Below are positions 1-9,555 of a DNA stretch of 64,000 nt, piece by piece. This stretch comes from a virus. Both the position numbers and the translations under genes were made by a program. A model generated the notes under the pieces. That model made no database searches and had not been told where the DNA came from. It saw only the letters and a program-made list of their open reading frames with translations. The DNA lies in the UHGV virus genome UHGV-0132465. One strand, given 5' to 3'. The first letter of the stretch is position 1. Each line of letters begins with the position of its first letter.

Positions 1-192
1 GTATGACCCGTCAAGAGGATTTCCTTCCCCATCGATGCAGCCAGAAGCTCTGGCTGGATAGGTTTCAGACTGGAATGGGCAATGGAAGGCAGGATTATAG
101 GGTTCGGTTCTATAGGTGCTATGCTTCCTGGTGACCAGCAGTATGATCTGGAAGCTTATGCAACCTTTTCTCGTTAATAAAGAGGTAAATAA

Positions 193-222
193 AAAAGGGG
201 GCCGCTTGGCCCCTTTCTTTTT
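193..222. terminator. bidirectional intrinsic terminator (GGGGCC-GCTT-GGCCCC hairpin flanked by A-run and T-run)
   Basis: perfect 6-bp GC stem with T-tract on both strands; lies downstream of minus-strand gene 227-427. Confidence 0.6.
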
Positions 223-226
223 ATAA

Positions 227-427
227 TTAGTAATATTTCCAACACGACCCATCTTCAGACGGCTGGACACGCTTACCTTCATGATCGACATAGGTGTAAC
301 CACAGCCTTCACAGATAACAGGGGCCGCATAACCTTCCTTCCACTGGTCTTCTGTGATCAGTCCTTTCAGATCTCCACAGTCACGACCAAACAACTCTTC
401 AGAACAGTCTTTACAAAAATCAGCCAT
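227..427 (-). CDS. small Cys-rich protein (66 aa), zinc-ribbon-like CxxC pairs
   Basis: ORF-track ORF; CKDC and CEGC motifs. Confidence 0.5.
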   Translation of the reverse strand: MADFCKDCSEELFGRDCGDLKGLITEDQWKEGYAAPVICEGCGYTYVDHEGKRVQPSEDGSCWKYY

Positions 428-430
428 TTC

Positions 431-913
431 TCAGTCCTCGCATTTAACAAATTTTTCTACAGATCCACCAAGCACAGCTTGTTGTTTGATGGCACTTTCT
501 TCATCATAGTGGATAGACTTATGTTCCGTACCTCCAAACTTGCCTGTGTGGAAGGTGTGCACCCAAATCTCTTTAGGAAGGGATTTATTCTCTTCTTCCA
601 CCAACTCCCACATTCCCCATAAGTGATCTGTGATATCTCTGATGAAATATCCCTCGCCGAGGTTTGTATTCACACTGTAGGCCGATTCGTGATCTCCGCA
701 AATATAACGGAAGGCAGTGTACTCTTTCCCTGGCGTGAAGTGGGTATCCATTAGTATGGCTGTTAAAGAATTAGGGTCTCGAAATCCCAAAAACTTTAGT
801 TTAACAATTTCGACGTTCACACTTGCAAGATTATCCATGACAATCTCCTCTGCTTGGTTGATGAGATAATCATATATAAATCTGGTGTTGATGTCAAGCT
901 TAATTTTAAGCAA
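431..913 (-). CDS. hypothetical protein (160 aa)
   Basis: ORF in co-oriented compact block; no recognisable domain. Confidence 0.5.
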   Translation of the reverse strand: MLKIKLDINTRFIYDYLINQAEEIVMDNLASVNVEIVKLKFLGFRDPNSLTAILMDTHFTPGKEYTAFRYICGDHESAYSVNTNLGEGYFIRDITDHLWGMWELVEEENKSLPKEIWVHTFHTGKFGGTEHKSIHYDEESAIKQQAVLGGSVEKFVKCED

Positions 914-1001
914 TTTGAGAGGGTATTTTATTTAGAGAGGTAATCACACAGAGGTAGGTAGTTTATGAAGGCACAGGCCTCGTTTGAGGCCTTAAAACAG
1001 A

Positions 1002-1382
1002 TTATGACGATTTGACGTAGCGCTCTGACAAAGCTGGGAAGCCAAAAGCAGCACCTACACTACCGTACGCTATCCACCATTGAAGTTCATCGTGACACCA
1101 TTTTCCGATCAGAAAGGTGCTGGGGTAGCGAGTTAATATTTTGGCATAAGCTTTAGGGTCTGCATCCTCTGGGATAATGATGCTTGGAACATCTTTGTTA
1201 TGACCACAGCAGCAGTTTAGAGTTTTCAATCCTGCCGCCCATAGGCTCATGATAGGCTTAGCCATGCACTTATCAAGGCACACACGTTTTTTGCCGTCAC
1301 GGAGCTTTTTAGGCACATCAACGATAACATTTTGATGCTTGGCACCTTTCACTTTCCAATTATAGGATTTACACTTGCACAT
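1002..1382 (-). CDS. Cys-rich hypothetical protein (126 aa)
   Basis: ORF in co-oriented block; CxC, CLDKC and CCCGH cysteine clusters. Confidence 0.5.
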   Translation of the reverse strand: MCKCKSYNWKVKGAKHQNVIVDVPKKLRDGKKRVCLDKCMAKPIMSLWAAGLKTLNCCCGHNKDVPSIIIPEDADPKAYAKILTRYPSTFLIGKWCHDELQWWIAYGSVGAAFGFPALSERYVKSS

Positions 1383-1579
1383 TTAATCAGTCTCCATCTA
1401 GAAAGCAATACTTTACTTAAAATCTTTGTCACCTATTACGATTGCACGAATCCACTCATTGTGATGTTCAATGGCGGTAAGGTGTAACATAATGCAGTGA
1501 TTGTCATTACTAAACACGGTACGGTAAGCTTTAGCAGCACCATGATATAACTTCCACATTAAGTAATGATACCTTCGTT

Positions 1580-2059
1580 TCATGGCTCTTTCTCCGGTTC
1601 AGGATCTGGGTAATCTTCAATAATAAAAGGCCATCCATTACGCTTTGCGTCAGACTTATATTTAATCTCCTTCATTGCAAACTCTAACTGATTCTTAGCA
1701 GGAATGCAAGCCGGAGAATCATCCACCCATATGTCAGGGTAGATATCAAACTGTGCTAGGTAGGCTGCCTTCTGCACACCGCCTGTGTAGAACACACCTA
1801 CGTCCAACTCCTTGCGCCAATACTCGATGTCCACGTTGTCTTGAGTGATGAATCGGGAAGTCACAAGGTATACTGTCCACCCTTCCTTTTTCAAGTCCTT
1901 AATCAGGCGGGAGAAGATGAAAGGACTCGCATTAAATGTTCCATCAAAGTCAATGGCAATGATGTGTGTGCCGTGGCGAGTCTCATATGGGTTGCTCGTG
2001 GTGAGATTGCTGTAGTTAAAAGGGACTTCTTCCCCGCAGTAGCTGTAGTCCATATTCAC
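1580..2059 (-). CDS. HAD-superfamily phosphatase-like protein (putative nucleotidase)
   Basis: IAIDFDGTF (DxDGT motif I), LVTSR and WVDD motifs in HAD order. Confidence 0.5.
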   Translation of the reverse strand: MNMDYSYCGEEVPFNYSNLTTSNPYETRHGTHIIAIDFDGTFNASPFIFSRLIKDLKKEGWTVYLVTSRFITQDNVDIEYWRKELDVGVFYTGGVQKAAYLAQFDIYPDIWVDDSPACIPAKNQLEFAMKEIKYKSDAKRNGWPFIIEDYPDPEPEKEP

Positions 2060-2331
2060 ACCTTCTCGTTGATAAATTTACGGGCGGTTTGGTGAGTTGT
2101 TTCTGCTGTCTTCAGAATGATATTAATTTTATCGTCAAGATCATTCATCTCAGCAGTTAATTCAGGGATCTCTCCGGCATGCATGGTGAAATCATACATA
2201 GACATACCCAGGATCTCATTGATTCGGCGGTTGCATTCTGCAGCACGCTGATTCATTTTCCAAGCTAACACCAGAGCCTCTTGCGTAGCCTCCAGCGCAA
2301 AGTCTAATACGTCAGCTTCTTCTTTCGTCAT
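2056..2331 (-). CDS. hypothetical protein (91 aa)
   Basis: ORF in co-oriented block, 4-nt overlap with downstream gene. Confidence 0.45.
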   Translation of the reverse strand: MTKEEADVLDFALEATQEALVLAWKMNQRAAECNRRINEILGMSMYDFTMHAGEIPELTAEMNDLDDKINIILKTAETTHQTARKFINEKV

Positions 2332-2386
2332 CTCAGTCTCTCTTGTTGTATTGTTGGTAGGTGCATGAACACCTTATAGCTCACTT

Positions 2387-2953
2387 TTATTCAAACTGCA
2401 ATAGCAAGTCCACCACCGCACTAGGTCTGTCAACAAATTCCCCAGGCCCACATGCCCATAGAGGATATCCGTCAACATACCGCCATATCCAACCTGCAGT
2501 GTGGAGCTCAAGTAGGGCAGTGCCGTCCTTACTGTCAACCACTCTTTCCCATAGTGTTGGGCAGCGAAGCTTGAGAATCGGGTCCCCACCCTTATACCCG
2601 TCCATGTAGATACTCATTGCAAAGTTAAGCATCATCTTTTTGTGCACCGATCTTTTACTGAGGGTGCTCATCACTTCCTCTTTGTGAATGTTTGTAAGCT
2701 TCTCTTTGGCTATCCGTAGATCGTTGCAACCATTGTTCAGCAGATCTTCCAGGCACTTGATCCGAAGGTCATGAATGTCTTTGTCGTGTACCGTTGGTAC
2801 AGGGTCGTAGCGATAGAGCACCGTTGATACAAGGTTGCTCGGGTGTGGGTCTGACAGCAACCCATAACCCCAATACTCCTCTGTATCTGAAAGGACAAGA
2901 CACCCAATGTCTCTGTCAAGCTTTCCTGTGTTGTAAGCCACATTGACCGCCAT
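2387..2953 (-). CDS. hypothetical protein (188 aa)
   Basis: ORF in co-oriented compact block. Confidence 0.5.
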   Translation of the reverse strand: MAVNVAYNTGKLDRDIGCLVLSDTEEYWGYGLLSDPHPSNLVSTVLYRYDPVPTVHDKDIHDLRIKCLEDLLNNGCNDLRIAKEKLTNIHKEEVMSTLSKRSVHKKMMLNFAMSIYMDGYKGGDPILKLRCPTLWERVVDSKDGTALLELHTAGWIWRYVDGYPLWACGPGEFVDRPSAVVDLLLQFE

Positions 2954-2955
2954 AA

Positions 2956-3201
2956 TTATAGCTCCACTAGCAAAGTGCTCTCAAAATGCCTCTCATGCAG
3001 ACCACTATAAGGAACCACTTCCACAACACCGTCGCGGATGTATGGAGTCATCATGGTGACATAATCACCGAACGGGTTGGCATTATCACTAACCACGACT
3101 ACATGCTGCCCCTCCTTGGCAGAGTGCCAGATAGATCTGCACTTCATCATGTGTTCGAGAGCGCCAGGTAAAATCTTGTTACGTTCTTTACGGGTCTTCA
3201 T
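2956..3201 (-). CDS. hypothetical protein (81 aa)
   Basis: ORF in co-oriented compact block. Confidence 0.45.
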   Translation of the reverse strand: MKTRKERNKILPGALEHMMKCRSIWHSAKEGQHVVVVSDNANPFGDYVTMMTPYIRDGVVEVVPYSGLHERHFESTLLVEL

Positions 3202-3647
3202 AACAGATATAGCTCCTTATGAAAGTGGGCTTTCAATTTCTCACCGAGAAACTTCTTGATACCTTCCTCTAAAGTGTTTTCGATGTAGTCCAGCTTAACT
3301 GCTTCAATAGACATATCATAGATCGCCAGCTCTAAGCTGTCAAGTCCCATCATAGCATGAACCATAAGATTTTCATCTTCAGATACATTCAGGGGACTTC
3401 CTATAACATCGGGAGGTAGAATAGTTTCCCAATTATTCTGGGCGGTAGATCTCCCGCCATCCACCTTACGTCTCAGCTCGAATGTATTCTTAGTGTAGAA
3501 CACTTCATAAGAGACGATACGACTGTCACTTTCATAATAGACGAAGTTCAAGTAGGAGCCTAGCCGCAGTCGGCAAACTTCTACCCCAAACCATTGTTTC
3601 TTATAGGAATTTAGGCTAATGCTGTCGCATTCACGTTTGCTCAACAC
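3198..3647 (-). CDS. hypothetical protein (149 aa)
   Basis: ORF in co-oriented compact block. Confidence 0.5.
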   Translation of the reverse strand: MLSKRECDSISLNSYKKQWFGVEVCRLRLGSYLNFVYYESDSRIVSYEVFYTKNTFELRRKVDGGRSTAQNNWETILPPDVIGSPLNVSEDENLMVHAMMGLDSLELAIYDMSIEAVKLDYIENTLEEGIKKFLGEKLKAHFHKELYLL

Positions 3648-3663
3648 GGCTCTCTCCTTTTTG

Positions 3664-3897
3664 TCAATCTTCGTAAATAATGATTTCTGCTTTAGGTTTT
3701 CGTGCTTTCAGGTCCAGCTCTATCCAGTGTACCATAGCTGTTTCAAGAAAAACAGCCTGGATGCATCCGTCTTCAGCGTGCCCTACCAGCATAACAAGAT
3801 CTTCACCTTCATCATCTGCATCACGAACATACAGAATCTCTCCAGATTCAAAGTCTTTCACAACCTGATTGCTGGATAATTTACGAATTTTTGCCAT
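3664..3897 (-). CDS. hypothetical protein (77 aa)
   Basis: ORF in co-oriented compact block. Confidence 0.45.
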   Translation of the reverse strand: MAKIRKLSSNQVVKDFESGEILYVRDADDEGEDLVMLVGHAEDGCIQAVFLETAMVHWIELDLKARKPKAEIIIYED

Positions 3898-3898
3898 A

Positions 3899-4162
3899 TC
3901 AGAAACCCTCTAAAAAGCTCTTGTAGAAAATAATCTCAGTATCCACACCAGTCACGATCTTGTCGTTCCTGATTTCATCTGTAAGATAGGTGTCAAAACG
4001 CAGCACCTGTGTGGTATTGTCACACATCCACTCGGCTGTTACCATGGCAAAAATCTTAGCATCTTCATTATCTGGTGTAAATGTTACCACCTCACCGCAT
4101 TTAAACTTTTCGATAGGTTGCGTGTTAGCTTTCGGTTCTGCAATAGTGATTTTTGTAGTCAT
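3899..4162 (-). CDS. hypothetical protein (87 aa)
   Basis: ORF in co-oriented compact block. Confidence 0.45.
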   Translation of the reverse strand: MTTKITIAEPKANTQPIEKFKCGEVVTFTPDNEDAKIFAMVTAEWMCDNTTQVLRFDTYLTDEIRNDKIVTGVDTEIIFYKSFLEGF

Positions 4163-4428
4163 TACTCTTCCTTCATAGTTTCACCAAATACTTCGATACG
4201 AGCGTCAAGCTCTGTTGCTTTCAGCTCCCCAACAAAATCTTTCAGTTCTTTCTCGTCAAGATCGTATGCCCACACACAAGATGAGCATGCAGATTTCACG
4301 ATTAGCAGTGTAGATACACGGCCTGACTCTGTAATCATGCTCACAATGGTTCCTACAGGGAACGTGTTGATAGCTTTTTTAACTGGGCGTTCAGCTTTAA
4401 TTACTACCTCTGTTGCCATAAATACCAT
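4162..4428 (-). CDS. hypothetical protein (88 aa)
   Basis: ORF in co-oriented compact block. Confidence 0.45.
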   Translation of the reverse strand: MVFMATEVVIKAERPVKKAINTFPVGTIVSMITESGRVSTLLIVKSACSSCVWAYDLDEKELKDFVGELKATELDARIEVFGETMKEE

Positions 4429-4434
4429 CCTCTC

Positions 4435-5895
4435 TTACTTAGCGTACTCGATTAATTCCACAGTTTTCCCAAAGCTCGGGATATAATTTTTATTATACCC
4501 TTCGGTGAGAACCCATAAAGTATCGTACTTTTTCCACTTGTTGTCAACAGCCTTTTGTTCAAAGTTATGCTCAAAGTATAGGTCGGTCAGGACGATGACA
4601 TCTTTTGCATTCGGTATATTGGCATCCAGATACTTGAACACGCAAGCAGCTGTTGTGCCCCATGTTGAGTGGATCTCATAGTTGATCATCTCATCTATGT
4701 TACCGCGAGTGTATACTTTAACCTCTCCAACCTCAGTTGACCAACAGAACATTGTAACCTTAAACTCTTTATACAGATTGCACAATCCGGTGATTTCATT
4801 GAACATTTTCTTTAAAGTTCTTTGAGAGATCGAGCCAGAAACGTCTAAAGCCACAACAATATCTATAGTGTTTTCCGGATTACGACCAGGAACAATAACG
4901 TGCTGGTTCTTGTTTATGGCCCCAACTTTTCGCATTGTGCTGGTCAAAGACCCAGATCGGCGACCAGGTTTTCTGTAGGTCAGTTCAGCCTTTCGTTTAG
5001 ACAACATGCGTTGCTTAATAATGTCTATATAGTTGATTACAGGCTTACCTCTGTTCTTGACGAACTCACGCACCGCCTCGGGGCAACGACCTCCGGAAGC
5101 TTGCATTGCTGCCTCCAGCATGTCACCAGAGTCCTGCATGGCCTGATCTTTATCAGATTGGCTGATTACAGGTTGTGGCTGATCATACCCCATAGCCTTT
5201 CCAAGATCATCACTGGTGCCACCGTTCCCGCTCATGTGATCATCGGTTTGTCGTTTATCTCCTTGAGAGTTCTCACCTTTACCGTTCTTACTTTTACCGT
5301 TATTCTGATCTCTTTGTTTATCGAGAACTGCATAGACGTTTTCAGCAATCCATCCATGAAACTTCATGTCGCAGTAGCAATTAGCTAAGAAGCCAAAAGG
5401 CTTACCTTTTACGAACGTAGTGCTTTTCCCCTTCGGGAAGAAAACACAAGGAGGCTTGCTAAAGTCAACCACAAGGCCTGTGTTGATAACGTGATCACAG
5501 GCAATATTGAACAGCTCCGGCTCAAAGCTTTTACCACGGACCAAATGATCGCAGATAATATGCCCCACCTCATGTGACAGAAGAAAGGCCACCTCTTTCA
5601 CAGATTTTGGAGAATAGAAAACCTCAGCCATCTCAAACTGCTCGTCAGTTAGAGAGGCTTTAAGAATGGTTTTGCGCTCATCTGCCAACCCCATAATAAA
5701 CTCAGGGCTGTAATAGATGCGTTTATGGTCTGTTGCCATAGTGGAGCACCATGTGTGGTTTTCTACGAACTGCAACCCTGATAACAGTGTGCCATAAAAC
5801 GGCAGCTTTTCAAGGAGATACATACGTGCAGCCTGCAACATTCTCAGGGCATCATCTTTTTGCGAGGCAATGATTTCTGAACTTCTGCTATCCAT
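4435..5895 (-). CDS. predicted metallopeptidase (HExxH) fused to von Willebrand factor A domain (DUF2201/COG3864-like)
   Basis: HEVGHIICDH zinc-peptidase motif followed by VALDVSGSIS MIDAS motif; start moved to second ATG (MDSRSSEI) because the first ATG sits inside a GGGGCC-AAT-GGCCCC hairpin and the second has a GGAG RBS. Confidence 0.7.
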   Translation of the reverse strand: MDSRSSEIIASQKDDALRMLQAARMYLLEKLPFYGTLLSGLQFVENHTWCSTMATDHKRIYYSPEFIMGLADERKTILKASLTDEQFEMAEVFYSPKSVKEVAFLLSHEVGHIICDHLVRGKSFEPELFNIACDHVINTGLVVDFSKPPCVFFPKGKSTTFVKGKPFGFLANCYCDMKFHGWIAENVYAVLDKQRDQNNGKSKNGKGENSQGDKRQTDDHMSGNGGTSDDLGKAMGYDQPQPVISQSDKDQAMQDSGDMLEAAMQASGGRCPEAVREFVKNRGKPVINYIDIIKQRMLSKRKAELTYRKPGRRSGSLTSTMRKVGAINKNQHVIVPGRNPENTIDIVVALDVSGSISQRTLKKMFNEITGLCNLYKEFKVTMFCWSTEVGEVKVYTRGNIDEMINYEIHSTWGTTAACVFKYLDANIPNAKDVIVLTDLYFEHNFEQKAVDNKWKKYDTLWVLTEGYNKNYIPSFGKTVELIEYAK

Positions 5896-5928
5896 TAAAA
5901 CTCCAGAAGGGGCCATTGGCCCCTGTCA

Positions 5929-6915
5929 TTATTTAACGTGTTTGAAAATACTCGCCAACTCGGTCATCGTCATGCGGGTGGTCTTCATAAGGTCTGTCAT
6001 AGCTTTTTCCATAATCGGTGATACTACCATGAAGTTACCTTTAGTGAAACCTTTGTTCCAATCGGTTACCAACAGAGGTTTGATTCCTGCCCCAAGACGC
6101 TCACCAGTTAAAGCACAGCATTTGCGGATGTACGCACTCTTAAATTGGCTGAAGGACAGATCAACTTTCATACCTGCATCGTAGAACGTTTGGCAATAGA
6201 AAGTGTAAGCCTTGGCAATCTCAACATCATCAGGCAGTGCAGGAACCTCTTCTGCAACCTCCTCTTCGACCTCCTGAGGCTCTTTTTCCTCTTCAAAGGG
6301 CTGTTGCACCATTTCTTCAATTTCTTCTGTCACAGGCTCGTTTACGATGTCTGAAATGTGTTTGTTGGCTGCACGCTCTGCCATGAAATTCTTAAAGTCC
6401 TGCATTGGTGACATATCTTCCTCCTCTTCGTCAAATAGTGCTAGTTTATCTTCTTCTGTCCCGTATTGCAAGATGAAATCTTCAAAAGTATATTCATCTT
6501 TTAATTCCTCCATCCTCTCTTCGCTCAGGTGGAGCATCATTTGTTGGACAATTTTTCGATCAGTTTTGTCCTTAATCAAGATTGCGGTCGTTTTATCTAC
6601 CAGACAATCCTTGAGAGAGTTGCACCGAAGTCCCACCACACAACAGTTATCAATTGCGTAAGGACCTTCATCGTTTATCCGCTCCAAAGATGGGTAGAAC
6701 GGATTCCCCAGCCCGTTTTCATCTGTGTGCATGTCAAAAGGAATAAGGGTGTAGTCGCATACCCCCTCTCCTAAAAGTTTTTTACCGAATAGGAGGTATT
6801 CTTCCCACGACAGGTCGAACACTATACCTCGTTTTCGGGCATTATTCTGTTTGCGTCTGTATTTTTTGAGCAGGCGTTCTAGCTCTTCTGGTGTATAATA
6901 TTTTTCAAGATTCAT
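5929..6915 (-). CDS. hypothetical protein with internal duplication and acidic linker
   Basis: two related segments (GIVFDLSWEEY... and KVDLSFSQFKSAY...) separated by a Glu-rich stretch; start chosen at MNLEKYY to avoid overlap with the divergent promoter region. Confidence 0.5.
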   Translation of the reverse strand: MNLEKYYTPEELERLLKKYRRKQNNARKRGIVFDLSWEEYLLFGKKLLGEGVCDYTLIPFDMHTDENGLGNPFYPSLERINDEGPYAIDNCCVVGLRCNSLKDCLVDKTTAILIKDKTDRKIVQQMMLHLSEERMEELKDEYTFEDFILQYGTEEDKLALFDEEEEDMSPMQDFKNFMAERAANKHISDIVNEPVTEEIEEMVQQPFEEEKEPQEVEEEVAEEVPALPDDVEIAKAYTFYCQTFYDAGMKVDLSFSQFKSAYIRKCCALTGERLGAGIKPLLVTDWNKGFTKGNFMVVSPIMEKAMTDLMKTTRMTMTELASIFKHVK

Positions 6916-6946
6916 GAGTTGTCTCTTGTGCTCTGTAGGTGAAGAA

Positions 6947-6975
6947 ATCTTATCAAGTGCCTCGACAGATGTCAA
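6947..6975 (-). promoter_or_regulatory. sigma70-like promoter for the minus-strand block (TTGACA-17-TAAGAT)
   Basis: consensus -35, 17-bp spacer, -10-like hexamer about 25 nt upstream of the 6915 start. Confidence 0.5.
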
Positions 6976-6988
6976 CCTCAAAAACGTA

Positions 6989-7017
6989 TTGACTTTACTA
7001 TAAATCCACGATATAGT
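6989..7017 (+). promoter_or_regulatory. sigma70-like promoter for the plus-strand block (TTGACT-17-TATAGT)
   Basis: divergent from the 6947-6975 promoter; about 40 nt upstream of the 7058 ATG. Confidence 0.55.
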
Positions 7018-7057
7018 GCACCCATTCGAAAGAAAACGAACACAGGAGCACTTAATC

Positions 7058-7957
7058 ATGGCAAATCTTAACAGCTTTAGCACTCGGTGGAAACAAGATA
7101 TCACAACCAATCTCTCAGCAGGTGATATCCTTTCTGCAATTTACGAGGCTTTGGATGATAAAGCTACTTCAAAATCGGTTTGTACCAACCCGCTAATTCC
7201 TATAGTAATGAAGGTTATTGAGCGTAGGCTGGTATCCGGATCTGATAAGTGGACATATCTGGATAATGGAGGCCACACTTACTCCAATGGCTATGTCGAT
7301 ATAAAAGTAGAATATGCGGTATCATATCGCCGGAGCGGCTCTGTAACTTTCAACTTCTCTGGTGGTTTCCGATCTCTGGCAACTTCACCTTTTGTTTCCT
7401 CAGAGGAGAAGTTTGAACTTCCGTTCCTTTGGATGATGGCTAACGCGACAGGCAAAACCCCCGTAAGCATTCGCGTAAAATACAACTACAACGGATCTAG
7501 TAAGATCTATGCCGAGAGTGTCTCAGCAAGTTTTTATTTTGTGATGGGGGATGGAATCCTCAAACATATAAAGATGTGCGATATGCATGATGTTATAAAT
7601 GAAGTGACTGATAAGAATGTTCTGGTGAAGGATCTCAACAATTTTTATACACCTGGAGACTATTACGTCAACCGTCCACTGTGTATCTTTAATGCCGCAC
7701 ACCCTTTAGGTGAGTATCTGATCGCCAATAGCGATATTGCCAATAACCGCTTCGAGGTAGCAAGAGTGCAGAATGAGGTGTTGACATCTTGCAAGAGCGG
7801 TGATAAGTTTACCGAAGAAGAGATGGGTGTTTTAGAAATGATGGGATATAAGTGTAGCCTTTGGGTGGATGAGGTGTTTAATGACGGCATCTACGGACAG
7901 GGTATTTACCCGTTAAAGAAGTATACTGATTCCAGTCTAATTTACGCGGAGATTTGA
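7058..7957 (+). CDS. hypothetical protein (300 aa)
   Basis: ORF with CAGGAG RBS; start moved from 7016 to the RBS-preceded ATG. Confidence 0.55.
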   Translation: MANLNSFSTRWKQDITTNLSAGDILSAIYEALDDKATSKSVCTNPLIPIVMKVIERRLVSGSDKWTYLDNGGHTYSNGYVDIKVEYAVSYRRSGSVTFNFSGGFRSLATSPFVSSEEKFELPFLWMMANATGKTPVSIRVKYNYNGSSKIYAESVSASFYFVMGDGILKHIKMCDMHDVINEVTDKNVLVKDLNNFYTPGDYYVNRPLCIFNAAHPLGEYLIANSDIANNRFEVARVQNEVLTSCKSGDKFTEEEMGVLEMMGYKCSLWVDEVFNDGIYGQGIYPLKKYTDSSLIYAEI

Positions 7958-8232
7958 CTATGATGAAGTCATGTGGTAGTGTATATTATGTTGGTGAGAA
8001 TGTTCAGGCAGACAATGTGTGGAAATCCATTAAGTCCACCACCGACGATGCCTTCTTGAGTGGGTTATGTTTCCCAAATCCAGGAGACATTCTCCCCCAC
8101 TCCGGAGATTTTGTTGTCAACAAGACGGACGGTTATACCGTGTGCCTGATGGTTGAAAAAATCTTTTTAGACACTAGACACAATCACCGCCTTGTGTTAA
8201 AATTTCAAGAATGTAAAATGACAGTTGCCTAA
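7954..8232 (+). CDS. hypothetical protein (92 aa)
   Basis: ORF overlapping upstream stop by 4 nt. Confidence 0.45.
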   Translation: MTMMKSCGSVYYVGENVQADNVWKSIKSTTDDAFLSGLCFPNPGDILPHSGDFVVNKTDGYTVCLMVEKIFLDTRHNHRLVLKFQECKMTVA

Positions 8233-8244
8233 GGAGGCCTACCA

Positions 8245-8601
8245 ATGTCTAAAGTTACTTATCGTGCAGCTATTTACTGCAATGAGCAACCAATCAACAG
8301 TGATGGTCACTGCTTTTTTAAAGAAAATCAGTTGGGCTGTATTGCCCTCCTTGATGAAGGGGAAGGGTATATGATTGCATTGACAGGGTTTGAGCCTGAA
8401 GCCTTGGAAGCCAATCTGGACTACCTGGTAGAGAAGGGTGCTGCAGACTTGGTTGCCAATGGCCTCTCTATAGGCCTTGAAGAAGTGGAGCGCTTCATGG
8501 GCAATTACCGTGTAGTGCGTGAGTTTACTATCGAGGTGGAAACTCCAGAGTGGGGTAGCACTGAAACTAATGCTGAAGAAAAAGAAGAGGGGGTAGAATA
8601 A
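8245..8601 (+). CDS. hypothetical protein (118 aa)
   Basis: ORF with AGGAGG RBS. Confidence 0.5.
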   Translation: MSKVTYRAAIYCNEQPINSDGHCFFKENQLGCIALLDEGEGYMIALTGFEPEALEANLDYLVEKGAADLVANGLSIGLEEVERFMGNYRVVREFTIEVETPEWGSTETNAEEKEEGVE

Positions 8602-8858
8602 TGAAAGTACAGATCTTGACCAATGCCGAGAAGATGTTTATTGAAGATACGCCTTTTGAAACTGGTGAGCTACAGTTTGTATATTTTGTTGACTTAGATA
8701 AGGTTTTTCCTGCGCTGAATTTAGGCTTGGAGAAAGTACCTTATAAAACCCTGTGCCAGGTTGTCCGTGCCTTAGCGGCAGATGGGGAGTTCCACACCCT
8801 TGAAGATATTCAGACCTATGGGTATCTTGAACTGCAACGAGAAGAAGAGGTGGATTGA
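8601..8858 (+). CDS. hypothetical protein (85 aa)
   Basis: ORF in co-oriented compact block. Confidence 0.45.
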   Translation: MKVQILTNAEKMFIEDTPFETGELQFVYFVDLDKVFPALNLGLEKVPYKTLCQVVRALAADGEFHTLEDIQTYGYLELQREEEVD

Positions 8859-9241
8859 TAATGGCCCAGTGGAAGACAACAGTTGACCTTCATGATCAGT
8901 GGTTAGGACGCATAGCTGAAGACGGGAAACTGGTAGAGTGGGACAACAAGCATGTTAGCGAGTTGGCAAGTATTGTGGCTGGCAAGTTACGCTCCAAGTT
9001 CCCTGAACAACTGGATCCTGATAGTTCAAAGTTCGATCCTGAGTTGGAGGATGTTGTATACTACTTCGATACCGTTGATGACTACGACGCGTGGTTTGCA
9101 GCACTGGAGCTTTACCCACAAGGCTCTGCTATGCGCCAGATGGAAGAAGATTATCCTCCGTGTGAGCAATTCAATAGTGCAATGACTTGCCTCTATGATT
9201 GGGCAGATAAGAACCTTGTCTGGATTCGGACTGCATTCTAG
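8855..9241 (+). CDS. hypothetical protein (128 aa)
   Basis: ORF in co-oriented compact block. Confidence 0.5.
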   Translation: MIMAQWKTTVDLHDQWLGRIAEDGKLVEWDNKHVSELASIVAGKLRSKFPEQLDPDSSKFDPELEDVVYYFDTVDDYDAWFAALELYPQGSAMRQMEEDYPPCEQFNSAMTCLYDWADKNLVWIRTAF

Positions 9242-9285
9242 TGGGCAGGAATGGCGGCAAGGATGCTGCTTAAGGAGCAGTAGAT

Positions 9286-9555
9286 ATGTTATACCAGCAG
9301 TACGAACTTCATGCAGAAAAAGAATTAAATTTTGACAGAGATATTCACAGATATTATTATGGGAAAGTTAGAGGTCAAGCAAGAAAGTGTACTCCAACAC
9401 TCTTTTATGCCAGCAGACGACTAGCGCCAGAAGAGGCAACAGCAGAAAGGGTTGCGTACAACTGGAGAGTCACGTATGATATTGACAGATCCGATGTGAT
9501 ATCTGTTTTGGAAAACTTTGAAAACACTTACACACAAGTAGAGGACTTTTACTAA
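9286..9555 (+). CDS. hypothetical protein (89 aa)
   Basis: ORF in co-oriented compact block. Confidence 0.45.
   Translation: MLYQQYELHAEKELNFDRDIHRYYYGKVRGQARKCTPTLFYASRRLAPEEATAERVAYNWRVTYDIDRSDVISVLENFENTYTQVEDFY

Noticed and set aside
1-177. Possible 3' end of a plus-strand gene entering from the left edge
   Set aside because: All three plus-strand frames contain stop codons in the first 130 nt and no frame reads in from the window edge, so no supported coding feature could be defined.
5896-5916. ORF-track start (MAPSGVL) of the vWA-peptidase gene
   Set aside because: That ATG lies inside a GGGGCC-AAT-GGCCCC hairpin that reads as the terminator of the upstream gene; the next in-frame ATG (5895) has a GGAG RBS.
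7016-7057. ORF-track start of the first plus-strand gene at 7016
   Set aside because: It would overlap the -10 of the mapped promoter; the ATG at 7058 has a CAGGAG RBS at the right spacing.
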